A stretch of DNA of 64,000 bases from Thermoplasmatales archaeon SW_10_69_26 (GTDB lineage: Archaea; Thermoplasmatota; SW-10-69-26), in contig PXUB01000001.1 in NCBI GenBank assembly GCA_003009755.1, forward strand, positions 64,001 through 128,000, in the 5' to 3' direction. The translations under genes and the position numbers were made by a program. Below the pieces are notes generated by a model that did not search any database, was not told the DNA's origin, and worked only from the letters and a program-made list of their open reading frames with translations. Below are positions 48,990 through 59,204 of the stretch, in pieces (position 1 is the stretch's first letter; each line of letters starts with the position of its first letter).

Positions 48990-50139
48990 TCGTCTCGTGG
49001 TGACCGAGGCAGGGTCGACGGCGAAGCGGAGCAGGCTGCATCCGGCTTGAGCCCGGCGGCCATCTGCATCGACAGCAATGGCCCCGGCGTTCGCCGCTGG
49101 CCACCTCGCCGACGTAGCGCTCGACCGAGATCCCTCTCGTGATACGTCTCCGGGTAGCCCGGGATCCAGCCGTCGGTGACGAGCGCCTCCAGCCCCAACC
49201 GTGACGAGATCCCGCCTCCCACGGGGCGATCATCGTCTTCGACGAACCGACGAGCTCGCTGTCGGGGACCGATCGGGGTGGGCGTGCAGGTGGTAGGCCC
49301 GCCAGGCCGTCCGCGAGGCGTCGGCGAACACCGTCTCGCTGAGCGCCACGATGCCCTCCACGTCCCTGCGGACGGCGGTCCCGCCCCGTGGATGGACCAT
49401 CGCGCCGGGCAATCCTGCGCGAGCGGGAGCGCCTTCCGCCGTGTGGCATCCACGCCAGACGTTAAGACCATCTCTCCACAACGTTAGAGCCTCCGCGGGC
49501 TGACCAGCGATTACCCCGACGTGACCACCGGCGGTAGAGCTAGGGTTTTTCCTCGCGGCCACGCACCCACCGATAGAGGATCCACGCGGAGACTCCCAAC
49601 AGCAGGGCCACGACGAGAGCGATGATCAGTGAGGCGATCTCCACCTGGCGGAGCCCGAACATGGTCAGATGTTTTAGAACTGCTTGTTGTATGTATTATT
49701 CTAATGGGTGCGGGACCAGGCATTCGCCTGGCTGCAGGCCAGATCCGTCGGCGACCTGCTAACAACTCCGGAGACTTTTCTGTTTGAGGATGTCAAAGGG
49801 AGATGGGCTTACCCGCACATCCTCGACGAGGGCCGGGACCTAGAGTGCCATTACGTGATCACGGACGAGCCCACCGAAGGCGGCGTCACGTGGAACGACC
49901 AACCCAGCGGCGACGACCTGAACCTGCAGGACACGACGGCCACGAGAACGTGAACACCACCAAGAAAAACTACGAGAACGAAGCCCGGTACCCCCAGAAC
50001 CTGTATGGAGACCGCTGGCTGTTGCGAGCGCTCGAGGACTCGCTGGCGGTCTCGAGGCTCGGACGGACCCTCGCTGGCGCTTCGGCTCCGTCGAGCTTCT
50101 CGACGGCTGCGCCGCCGTGGGGGATCAGCCGTCGAGAAG

Positions 50140-50583
50140 TGGTCCCGTCGGGACGCAGAGATCCGAGGCATCGATGCAGAACGAGGACCTCTGCCGACGA
50201 CGGGAGCACGAGGCCTGCAGATACCGTGGAAAGAGGCCGAGTGGTCCCCTCGGGATTCTCGTACGAACCTCGCTTCGCTCGGTTCGGACGGCTCGCAAGC
50301 CCTTCCCGCTTGCTCGTAACCTGTGGTTCAAATCCCTCGGTCCCACTTCCTCTGGATGGTGGGCGAGAAGCCGCCCGTCGGGATCTCAAGACGTGGCGGA
50401 GACCGGGCACGTCTTGAGAGACGACGGGACCACGAGCGAACGTGGCCACAGGAGAAGGTGAGCGAGTGGTCCCGTCGGGATGCAGAGGGCCGAGACGACG
50501 ATGCAGAACGAGGACCTCTGCAAACGACGGAGACCCGAGGCCTGGAGATACCGGAGAAAGAGGCCGAGTGGTCCCGTCGGGGA
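50140..50583. repeat. cluster of tRNA-Glu 3'-end-bounded palindromic units / att remnants
   Basis: TGGTCCCGTCGGGA-like copies at 50140, 50242, 50374, 50467, 50569 with antisense copies and hairpins between them. Confidence 0.85.
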
Positions 50584-51103
50584 CTATCCTCCATACCGGG
50601 AGGGGCTGGAGCCAAAACCGCCCCCGGTTTTGACGGTTTCCGGCTTGGACCCTGATACGTGGACGGCGAACCCGTCCGCGTCTCCCTCTTTCTCCATTTC
50701 AGACCCCCCACCTTCTCCGACCCCGACGACGAGCCGAGCGTGCCGCAGCGCCCTCCGAGGGGCGACCGGCGATCAGGTCGGGCGGCCCATCATGGTCCCG
50801 CCCGAGCGACAGCGAGGGCGGGGCCTTGATGAGCGCCGGCCGATGCTCCGCCAGCCCCGAGGGGAAGCGAAGGCACGCGAGGCAGGAGGAGCGGGGAGCG
50901 GCCCCGACGGCGAGCCGAGACGCCGTAGCGACCCTCCGAGGCTCGCCCGCCAACCGTCAACCTCACCCGCCAACTTCCCCCACAAGCAGACTCGGGAACG
51001 GGCCGTCGAAGGCGGGTGCGGAGAAACCTGGAAACCAGCCACGCACTCTTGTCTAGTAGACGGAAGCGCACGCACGGGCCGCCCCTATGGGGCGGCCCGC
51101 TCG

Positions 51104-52105
51104 GTGTATCCTGCCCCTACGGTGGACTACGATGCAGCCCCACCCTCCACAGACGAGGCCCAGCATCCGCCCGCCGTCTTCGCCACCCTTCCCGGCCAAG
51201 CCGACGAATGCGGCGAGAGCGAGTGCGGCAACGTCATCGGAGCCGAAGCCTGCTCCCATGCCGAGCACAACCCTGAGGACCACGACCTTCGGCTATTCTA
51301 TCAGACCTGCGAAGGCCGCACCTGTCCCCAGGGATTCGAGGACTGGATTAACGACCGCGCCGACAAAGCCCTCCACCGGCTCGTTGACGGAAAGAAGGCC
51401 TACGCTGAGGAAGGCAAGAACCTCGGCCCGGTCAAGCACGTAATCTTCTCCCCACCCCCGGAGGAGACCGACGCCTATCGAAACGAGGATGGCTACGGCC
51501 AGCTCGTCCGCGATGCCTACGAGCACGCCCGCGAGGCCGGTATGGATGGGGGCGTGGCTATCCCGCACCTCTGGCGGCTCTCAGACGACCTCAAAGCCTG
51601 CCTGCGAGACGAAGGCTATGGAATCGGTGAGGAGAACGGCGGCCTCTGGCAAGGCGTCCACGACGACGCACTCGGCCTCGGCCATTGGCGAACCTACGTC
51701 ACCTTCAGCCCCCACGTTCACCTCCTCGGTACCGGCTACCTGGAAAACGCCCGAGAGTTCAACGACCGAACGGGCTGGGTCTACCACAACAAGGGAAAGC
51801 GTCCCTCGCCGGGCTCGGTCCATTCCACGGCCGCCTACATCCTCAGCCATGCCGCCCTTGTGGACGGCAGCCGCGCCCTCCGCTGGTGGGGTGTCTTCTC
51901 CTACAACAAGCTCGCCAAGGTCGAAGAACTCGTCCGCCGAGAGCCGAAGACATGCGAATGCGGCGAGCCGATCTATGAGTACCCGACCACCAAGGACGGT
52001 ACCCGCGTCGGCTGGGAGCATCGGGGCTCTCCAGCAGAACGGGTGGAGAAGACCGTTCTCTATCGGGTCGTGGGCAAGCCTCCGCCGGGGGGAGTGCAGT
52101 GTTAG
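51104..52105 (+). CDS. rolling-circle replication initiator (HUH endonuclease)
   Basis: Cys cluster, KHVIFSPP, GGVAIPH.WR, FSPHVHLLG (HUH), AAYILSH; start uncertain (frame open from 50480). Confidence 0.8.
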   Translation: MYPAPTVDYDAAPPSTDEAQHPPAVFATLPGQADECGESECGNVIGAEACSHAEHNPEDHDLRLFYQTCEGRTCPQGFEDWINDRADKALHRLVDGKKAYAEEGKNLGPVKHVIFSPPPEETDAYRNEDGYGQLVRDAYEHAREAGMDGGVAIPHLWRLSDDLKACLRDEGYGIGEENGGLWQGVHDDALGLGHWRTYVTFSPHVHLLGTGYLENAREFNDRTGWVYHNKGKRPSPGSVHSTAAYILSHAALVDGSRALRWWGVFSYNKLAKVEELVRREPKTCECGEPIYEYPTTKDGTRVGWEHRGSPAERVEKTVLYRVVGKPPPGGVQC

Positions 52106-52292
52106 AGGTGGAGTGCGAGCGATGTGGCCATACGTGGATGGAACACGGAGTGGCCCAATGGGAATGTCCGCGATGCGGGAGCCTTTACGGTCGGTGGCCC
52201 GCAAACCGCGACTAGCCGCCCAACACCCGTTCGATAAGTAATCGTCCCGTCCGAGGATACCGCCTTCTCTCATCGGGAACGAAGATGAAGCG

Positions 52293-53405
52293 ATGGACGG
52301 CGTTCCGCGACCGGAGTCCCGGCTTGTTTCGCCTCCGACGGAGGGGAAACTACAATTTAGCTGGGCTGCTTTAGACCCGGACGCGGAGACTGAGGGAGCG
52401 GCTGTGGAAGATGGTTTCGAATATCCGGGCTATCTGCTGTTCAACGAGATTGTACATGTCCAGGAAATCGGCTTCGATGGCCCGCAGACGATAGGAGAGG
52501 AGCTTTCGACTTTCGGAGACGGGACCCCCACCAATCCATCGAAGGGGTTTCGGCAGCTTGATCTGAGTGAGGAGGTCGACGTGCGGGTATTCGAGACTGA
52601 GAGCTTCGCCCCTGTCGTCGAAGATATGCAATCCTTCGAGTATATAGCAGAAGATTACGGTACCCAAATGGAGTTCGTGACAGGCGAGGGGGACCGCCAA
52701 CAGGGACGCCCCAGAAGCTTGGACCGAGCCCATATCCATTGGCATTGGCCCGACTACTTCTTCGTCCAAGGGTCACAATCTGTTGCCGAAGCTGCAGCAG
52801 AGGAGATAGTTTCAGAGCTGGACTTGGACAGCGCAGATGTTCAGCGTTTCACCTTTGACAACGATTTCTTCTTATGGATGTACAAGAAGAATCACGACGG
52901 AGACCCCCTTTCTGAATCACTGGATCTGCTCAAGTGGACTGACGCGGAAGCGACGGGCGATCTTCCCTACCTCGGGAGTTCGACAGAAGTCCAGGAGTCA
53001 GAGGACGTTGGGCGTTCTATACCCATCCTCGTCGCGGTCCTACGGAATATGGACCTAGCCTCGCTGGAGGGAATCTTCGAGGTAGGCTCGTACGCGATGA
53101 CAGCTAGCATCGGAAGCCAAGGCAAAGTCCACGTTAAATCCGAGCAGACTGTGCAGAAAGCGTCCAATATCGCTCGGGTCTTTCTGTCAAATCTTTTCCT
53201 CCACGAACTTACCAACCTCTACGAGAACTGGAAAACTCTAGATCCTGAGGAGAAATACCCTCATCCCTCCTTCTTCTCTAGCCTCTGGGATAATGCCTCT
53301 GAACAAGGCGCCAACCTTGACATGGACTTCGACAGAGTCGTCGAGGAATACGCTGCGAAGCGTGGAGAGAGCGCAGAAGACTATGACTTCGATTTCGGTA
53401 ACTAG
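52293..53405 (+). CDS. hypothetical protein (island cargo gene 1)
   Basis: 370 aa acidic low-GC ORF, first of a tightly packed run. Confidence 0.8.
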   Translation: MDGVPRPESRLVSPPTEGKLQFSWAALDPDAETEGAAVEDGFEYPGYLLFNEIVHVQEIGFDGPQTIGEELSTFGDGTPTNPSKGFRQLDLSEEVDVRVFETESFAPVVEDMQSFEYIAEDYGTQMEFVTGEGDRQQGRPRSLDRAHIHWHWPDYFFVQGSQSVAEAAAEEIVSELDLDSADVQRFTFDNDFFLWMYKKNHDGDPLSESLDLLKWTDAEATGDLPYLGSSTEVQESEDVGRSIPILVAVLRNMDLASLEGIFEVGSYAMTASIGSQGKVHVKSEQTVQKASNIARVFLSNLFLHELTNLYENWKTLDPEEKYPHPSFFSSLWDNASEQGANLDMDFDRVVEEYAAKRGESAEDYDFDFGN

Positions 53406-53416
53406 GGGTGTGAGAT

Positions 53417-54043
53417 GTGCTGAAAGCCTTGAGAAAAGTGGAAGGCGCCTCCGGCACCCACCCCAGAAGCCAAAACACAGAAAGCCTGCGGCTAGAGCTC
53501 CGCGACGAATGGCGCCTGAATCAAGCGGCCCTTGATGACTATCCATTTCTTGATCAGTTAGTGCTGGAGGGACGGTATGAGTATTCAAAAGATCCGACCT
53601 GGGGATCACCGGAGCACGTCGATGGTTCCTTCCAACTCCGGACGGCCTCTGGCCTCCTTCTGATAGAGATCAGCGCAGATCGCCCATCCCCGACGGAGCT
53701 CGCGAAGGAATTCGATAAGGCTATCGATTCGGGCTTGCGTGTGAGCAGGGACTTCGTACCCTCTCGCGGGAAAGTGTGGTCTTTCGTTGATCAGGCGGAT
53801 AGCGTTCTGAGTCTCCGGGCTCGAGACGAGACAGGACAGGTACGGAATCTTGCGGAAGTACATGACGCACAAAACCCCAGAGAATGGACCGTAGAACACG
53901 CGAGCTTGAAGTTCGGTTATGGTGGCGGATTCTTCCTCGATTTCGAGCGAGACTCAATCTCCATATACGGAGTCGATGAGGGGGATGAGGAGCCAGCGAT
54001 AGAAACTCTGGAAGTTGCCTTTTTGACAGGGATTTGGGACTAG
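53417..54043 (+). CDS. hypothetical protein (island cargo gene 2)
   Basis: 208 aa, 11 bp after gene 1. Confidence 0.75.
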   Translation: MLKALRKVEGASGTHPRSQNTESLRLELRDEWRLNQAALDDYPFLDQLVLEGRYEYSKDPTWGSPEHVDGSFQLRTASGLLLIEISADRPSPTELAKEFDKAIDSGLRVSRDFVPSRGKVWSFVDQADSVLSLRARDETGQVRNLAEVHDAQNPREWTVEHASLKFGYGGGFFLDFERDSISIYGVDEGDEEPAIETLEVAFLTGIWD

Positions 54044-54054
54044 GGGGTCCTGGG

Positions 54055-54630
54055 GTGTCCACAGAGAGAATCAAAATATTTTGGAACAGAGCCCGGGAGT
54101 GGAGATGGTTTGGCTTCTTCACTTATGCGTCCACATTCCCTTGGATCGGCAGCTCATTCTTCCAGTCCTTTTCAACCGAGTGGTTTCTAATTGTCGGAGC
54201 AGCCCTTCTCACTCATGTTTTCCCTCTAGTCTGGGTGGGACTGACGCAGAGGCCGTTTTATCTAAAGGTCGATTGGGTCCCCTTAGACGATGAGGGCGTA
54301 GCTTGGCGGAGGAAGTCGTCAGGGATCGTAGCGATGGAAAATGGATCTGGCGCCATCCAGGTCTTCTTTGAGGTAATTGAAGGTGCGGAGGATATCGAGG
54401 TCTCTGTGGACGCTGATACGCCTTACTATGCGAGCCCTAACCAGCCTCCTGCACCCCTTCGCTGGAGAGATGGCACGCTCTTGTTGGAAGATGGAGACTT
54501 GGAGAATAGGGAGTTCTACGTCAAGATAGAGCTCGTCCAGGATAGTGCTCTGGCTGGCGGAATGGACCATGAAGTCTATCTCCAGGATGAGCGGTCAGGG
54601 AAGGAGCTGTTGAGGGTACCCATCAATTAG
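54055..54630 (+). CDS. hypothetical protein with two N-terminal TM helices (island cargo gene 3)
   Basis: Hydrophobic WFGFFTY... and WFLIVGAALL... segments followed by a beta-rich domain. Confidence 0.7.
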   Translation: MSTERIKIFWNRAREWRWFGFFTYASTFPWIGSSFFQSFSTEWFLIVGAALLTHVFPLVWVGLTQRPFYLKVDWVPLDDEGVAWRRKSSGIVAMENGSGAIQVFFEVIEGAEDIEVSVDADTPYYASPNQPPAPLRWRDGTLLLEDGDLENREFYVKIELVQDSALAGGMDHEVYLQDERSGKELLRVPIN

Positions 54631-54761
54631 GCTTCCGGAGGGCCAACCGGGGAGTCTTCCGGTCTCTCCGGCAACGATGAGGTCCTTCTTCACGGTGAAG
54701 GGAGTATCCTCTTAGGCAGGGAACTGGTTGCTCTACTCACTCCGACTGAGCGAGGGGATGG

Positions 54762-56159
54762 ATGATGGCGCTCCAAGAACCGATTCCCGGGCCAGATAGC
54801 GGAAAGCGGAACAAGCTCCTAGACCGGGACCGGGAGATACACGATTGGTATCGGTTCGTATTGGGGTATCCGCCCCACCTTGTCCGCCTCTACCTCGATA
54901 GGTTGGAAGCTGAACCCGGTGAAGACAGGGTACTTGATCCATTCTCGGGTACGGCCACAACACCCGTCGAAGCCCGGAAGAACGGCTTTTCGACCATCGG
55001 TGTTGACGCAAATCCGATAACTAGCTTGGCCACCCGCGTCAAGCTTCGATGGGGGTTGGATACGGACGACCTCATAGAACAGCTTGCCTCGATCATAGAT
55101 GACGCCGCTGGCCGTCTCCTTGCTCACGATCTCGACCCGCTTGTAGACGGAGGCTTCCAAACTCGTCTTGAGGACAAGGCGTTTGAAGGAGACATACCCG
55201 ATCTCGGCGCCCTAACCTCCGGCGCGGCCCCTTCTGAGCCAGTCAACGTTGATGTTATCCTCTCGGAGAGCGCCAAGAAACTCATTCCGAAAGGGTTCAT
55301 CAGCGAGAAGCCCCTCAAACGAGTTCTCGCACTCCGGCTGGCAATAGAGGAGAATACCGAGGTCATCGAACGAGAGGAGTTCTTCTTCCTAGCCCTATCG
55401 AACACAGTCGTTTCCACGGCAGGTAACCTCGGCTTCGGGCCAGAAGTATATCGAAAGAGCCCGAAAGAGGATGCTGGAGTGTTGTCGGATTTCTTCGGCG
55501 TATCGGCCCAAATGATCCACGATCTAACCCGAGTCCAGAATCAAGGGGATCTGCCGTCCGCCTGGACTCGTTCCGGGGACGCTCGGACAATGGATTGTTT
55601 AGAGGGTCTCCCACCCAGCGATCTGATTATCACTTCACCGCCTTATCCGAACGAGAAGGACTACACGCGGAGTACTCGCCTGGAAACCGTCTTGCTCGGG
55701 CTCGTGGAGGAGCAGTCGGATGTTCAAGACATCAAGAGGTCACTGCTCGTCAGCAACTCCCGGAATTGCTACGTTGATGTAGATGATGGGAAGCATATCG
55801 AGGACATAGACGAGATTACCTCCCTCGCGGACAGGATTGAAGAAAAGCGGATTGAACTTGGCAAGGATTCAGGGTTCGAGAAAAAGTACCACGAGATAGT
55901 TAGGCATTATTTCGGCGGTATGTACCTGCATTTCGAGTCCTTGAAGGACCACCTTAACCCCGGTGCGAAGCTCGCGTATGTCGTCGGAGATCAACAGTCC
56001 TATTTCCGCATCAATATCCCAACGGCGGACCTTCTGGAGAAAGTTGGTAAGAAGGCGGGATACCAGCCTCTCGATACAGAGCTATGGCGCGAGAGGTTTG
56101 CTACGGAAACCGAAAAGACGATTGATGAAAACGTGCTCCTCCTGGAGTACCCAGGATAG
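54762..56159 (+). CDS. amino (N4C/N6A) DNA methyltransferase
   Basis: HDWYRF, VLDPFSGTATT (motif I), IITSPPY (motif IV). Confidence 0.92.
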   Translation: MMALQEPIPGPDSGKRNKLLDRDREIHDWYRFVLGYPPHLVRLYLDRLEAEPGEDRVLDPFSGTATTPVEARKNGFSTIGVDANPITSLATRVKLRWGLDTDDLIEQLASIIDDAAGRLLAHDLDPLVDGGFQTRLEDKAFEGDIPDLGALTSGAAPSEPVNVDVILSESAKKLIPKGFISEKPLKRVLALRLAIEENTEVIEREEFFFLALSNTVVSTAGNLGFGPEVYRKSPKEDAGVLSDFFGVSAQMIHDLTRVQNQGDLPSAWTRSGDARTMDCLEGLPPSDLIITSPPYPNEKDYTRSTRLETVLLGLVEEQSDVQDIKRSLLVSNSRNCYVDVDDGKHIEDIDEITSLADRIEEKRIELGKDSGFEKKYHEIVRHYFGGMYLHFESLKDHLNPGAKLAYVVGDQQSYFRINIPTADLLEKVGKKAGYQPLDTELWRERFATETEKTIDENVLLLEYPG

Positions 56160-56164
56160 TCCAG

Positions 56165-56977
56165 ATGTCTGAGGATGAAGCGACCGTCGAAATAGCCGGG
56201 TCAGAGATTCGCCTGACTCAGTTCTCAGACTACGAGCAAGTTCTCCTCGCTGTCTTTGCGGAGCACTACGAGGAAGGCGATGAGGAGATTGAGTTCGAGA
56301 AGGATGAGTTCGCCGACGCCGCAGATGATCTGGGTCTGAGAATAAGGAACATCCCGGACGTGGTCTACGCTTTCCGATCCCGTAGGCCTCTGCCAGACCC
56401 AATCACGACCATTGGAGATTGGATAATCCAGCCGGCAGGCAAGGGGTCATACAAATTCCAATTGCTACAGAGCGCCCCTCAGTTCGATTTGAACTTTGAG
56501 GCGTATCAGCCGATTGAAATCTATAACTCGGTTCCGGAGGTAGTTCAAAAATTCCTTCGGGACGATGAGCAGTCTCTACTCACTACCATCCTATACAACA
56601 GAGTCATCGATATTTTCACAGGGCTAACCTGCTTCCATATCCAGAACCACTATCGGGCCAGCGTCCCAGGCACCGGCCAAGTCGAGCTCGACTCTTTTTA
56701 CGTTGGCGTGGACGACAAGGGAGAACTTTACGCGATCCCTATCGAGGCGAAAGGTGCAGCGGAATCCGAGAAAATCGGGCGGGTGCAAGTAGCACACATG
56801 TCGGAACTCGCACAACAAGATTTCCCTAACTTAGACCGCCGGATTCTCGCCATCAAAGAATTGGAAGATGGGACGATCTGTGCCGTCGAGTTCTCAGAAG
56901 GCGATTCGCCGGACGATTACAAAGTGAGACAAGTCCGGCGATTCGATCTAATACGAGAAGACCGCACTCGTCCGTAG
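56165..56977 (+). CDS. type II restriction endonuclease (PD-(D/E)xK)
   Basis: QVELDSFYVG...IPIEAK; immediately downstream of the methyltransferase. Confidence 0.8.
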   Translation: MSEDEATVEIAGSEIRLTQFSDYEQVLLAVFAEHYEEGDEEIEFEKDEFADAADDLGLRIRNIPDVVYAFRSRRPLPDPITTIGDWIIQPAGKGSYKFQLLQSAPQFDLNFEAYQPIEIYNSVPEVVQKFLRDDEQSLLTTILYNRVIDIFTGLTCFHIQNHYRASVPGTGQVELDSFYVGVDDKGELYAIPIEAKGAAESEKIGRVQVAHMSELAQQDFPNLDRRILAIKELEDGTICAVEFSEGDSPDDYKVRQVRRFDLIREDRTRP

Positions 56978-56981
56978 AAGG

Positions 56982-57635
56982 CTAGTCCGCCTTGTCCGGT
57001 CTGGTCCTTTTCTTTTCCTCCTCATCCAGGAGGTTGGGAGGATGATGACCTCGCTGGAGAGGGTAGGGCCAGGGATCGGGCGGAGTCCAGACATTCGCGC
57101 AGGCAGGGCACGCCCAATCGAGCCCAACCCGCCAATCAGCAATCTTCAACGCAAGGTCGTGGTGCTCCTCTGCCTCTCCTTCTTCGACCGGCTTCCTGGC
57201 TCGCGGGCTCAGGTACCAGTCCGGGATTTCCCTCTCAGGAATCCGCTTTGGTAGAGGATAAGGGTCAATCAGGTACCAAGTCCCGCACTCGGTACATCTC
57301 ACCCGTTGTTGAGGCTGGACGCACTCAGCGTTTTCGCACCGCCCGGACCCTTCCTGGATCGAGTCGGCGCAAGCGACACAGTATCTCGCCTGACTGAGAG
57401 AGACATAGCCCCCAGCCCCAGGGGAGTGAATAACACGATATTCTTTCTTCAGTTCCCTCAGAGCACGGTTTTGCGTTCCGGACGGCTCTCCGCTGAACAG
57501 CTCTCGCTTGGAAGCGGGGCCATCCTCTAATTCCGTGAGGACTGCCTCTTTCTCCTCCTCTTGTCGACTCTTTGCCACCTCAGACTCCCCTCCTTGGACC
57601 CGCTCGCCCTTCTTCTTGGACCCATTCGGGCCCAT
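56982..57635 (-). CDS. HTH and zinc-finger protein
   Basis: N-terminal HTH-like region; CxxC pairs CVAC, CENAEC, CTEC, CPAC. Confidence 0.6.
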   Translation of the reverse strand: MGPNGSKKKGERVQGGESEVAKSRQEEEKEAVLTELEDGPASKRELFSGEPSGTQNRALRELKKEYRVIHSPGAGGYVSLSQARYCVACADSIQEGSGRCENAECVQPQQRVRCTECGTWYLIDPYPLPKRIPEREIPDWYLSPRARKPVEEGEAEEHHDLALKIADWRVGLDWACPACANVWTPPDPWPYPLQRGHHPPNLLDEEEKKRTRPDKAD

Positions 57636-57889
57636 TGACGGCTCCGCCTACTGATGTGCTAGGGCGAGAATGAGAGCGTGCTTCGCTGGCCCGGGCGGTT
57701 CCCCTCCCGACCCGGGCCGGCGGGGCCACCTTAAGCATGTCCGCTGAGAAGCCATCCGCCCCAGGCTCGAAAGGGTTTCCCCCTGGATCACTCGCCGTCT
57801 CCCCCTCACGGAACGGGGAAAGCTCCAACTCACCGTCTCCTCCTGCGGCCCGTGGAGGTGAACGCCCAACACCACACACGGGCACACCG

Positions 57890-58953
57890 ATGGCCGAACC
57901 CTGGCAAAACGAACACAACGCCAGGGTCCAAGCGATACTTGAGCGAAGCAACACGGCAGAGTTCGATCCGACCCGAGAGGGCTGGAAGCAATGGATGAAG
58001 GAGGACCGTGGACTGGCGACGAAGACCCGGGCCAGCTACATTCGGAGCCTCGACCGACTCGAACGGAACGGAGTCCTGACGGATGGCTCGGTCGGGGATT
58101 TCGTCTTGACCGCCCGGGAGCACTTCTTCCACCGCCGAGACGTGGAGGAGCGCCAGCGACCACTTTGAAGAACGACCTGAAGGCGATCAAGTGCTATGGC
58201 GATTATCTCGGCGTCCCCCGGAAACTTTGGCCGAAACAGCCCACGGTCAAGCAGAAGACCACCAAGCTACCCAGCCCCGAAGCCGTCCGCCACCTCCTGA
58301 CCGACAACTACCGGGAGGACTCGACCCGCAACGAGCTCGTTCTGACTGTCATGCGGGTCATGTTCGGGCTAGGACTCAGACCCAAGGAGGCCTACGAACT
58401 CCGGCTCCAACACTTCTACCCGGAGGACCACCTCCTCCGAGTCCCGAGCGTAAAGAACTCGGCGGACGGAACAGAACCGCTCATCATCGAACCGGAATGG
58501 CTCTGCTGTGGAACCACCCGGCCCAGCCTGCTGAACTGGGTCGAGCACCACCGACCGAAGCTCGACCCTACGACGGACGCCATGTTCCCGCACTTCGAAG
58601 GCGGGGACTGGCCCTCCGCCGAGGCCTTCTGGCAATACATCAAGCGCCCGGTGAAGAAGGTCTACCCGGGCTACTGGAACCGCCTCGGCCGCAAGTGGTC
58701 CGTCAACGCTCGCCTGATCGAGAGCAAGCAAGGCAGCCGGTACGACTGGAGGGGCGTGGCCAAGTTTCATCGACACACTACCGACACGTCAGTTCGGAAC
58801 TACGAGCAGTCGGTGGAACTCCACGAGAAGCTGTACGGCGACAACTGGATCACACGCGCCTTCCAGAAGCTCCCGGGCGAGGAAACCGAGCCTCGCTGGG
58901 GGGTTTTGGACCCGTCCTCTTCTGGGGAGTACGATGGTCCCGTCGGGATTTGA
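57890..58953 (+). pseudogene. tyrosine recombinase/integrase with frameshift near 58150
   Basis: RGLATKTRASY N-domain in one frame; GLRPKE, SVKN, RLGRK, HRH, VRNY in the next; stop lies inside the tRNA-Glu antisense. Confidence 0.85.
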
Positions 58954-59009
58954 ACCCGAGTGGTCGCCTCGAGAGGGCGAAATGATTGGCCGGACTACAC
59001 CACGGGACC
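58935..59009 (-). tRNA. tRNA-Glu(CTC)
   Basis: Acceptor GGTCCCG/CGGGACC, anticodon stem TCGCC/GGCGA with CTC, TCGGG TTCAAAT CCCGA. Confidence 0.95.
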
Positions 59010-59204
59010 GTTCCGGCTTGCGCCGTGAGCCCAGCAACCCCATCAGCATCAAAAAGGTTGCGGGCGGCGCTTGCGACGCCTTGTCGCATCCGCCTTCCCC
59101 CTCGATCCACGCTCTCGGCTGGAGCCGCTGCTCTTCGCGTTCTTCCTGCACGAAACCTTGACCAAGCCCCACGTAGTGACCCCGCCGCCGCTTACGTGCG
59201 GGCT

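Larger units (their letters stand above)
43716..50139. mobile_element. degenerate genomic island between tRNA-Glu-end repeats
   Basis: Bounded by TGGTCCCGTCGGGA copies; lower GC; TA pair, wHTH gene, gene remnants. Confidence 0.6.
50569..58950. mobile_element. integrated rolling-circle plasmid/virus-like element at tRNA-Glu(CTC)
   Basis: Direct repeats of the tRNA 3' end at both ends; integrase, HUH Rep, R-M cargo; markedly lower GC. Confidence 0.85.

Noticed and set aside
48990-50030. Possible transposase or other gene remnants
   Set aside because: Short broken ORFs with no motif I can assign
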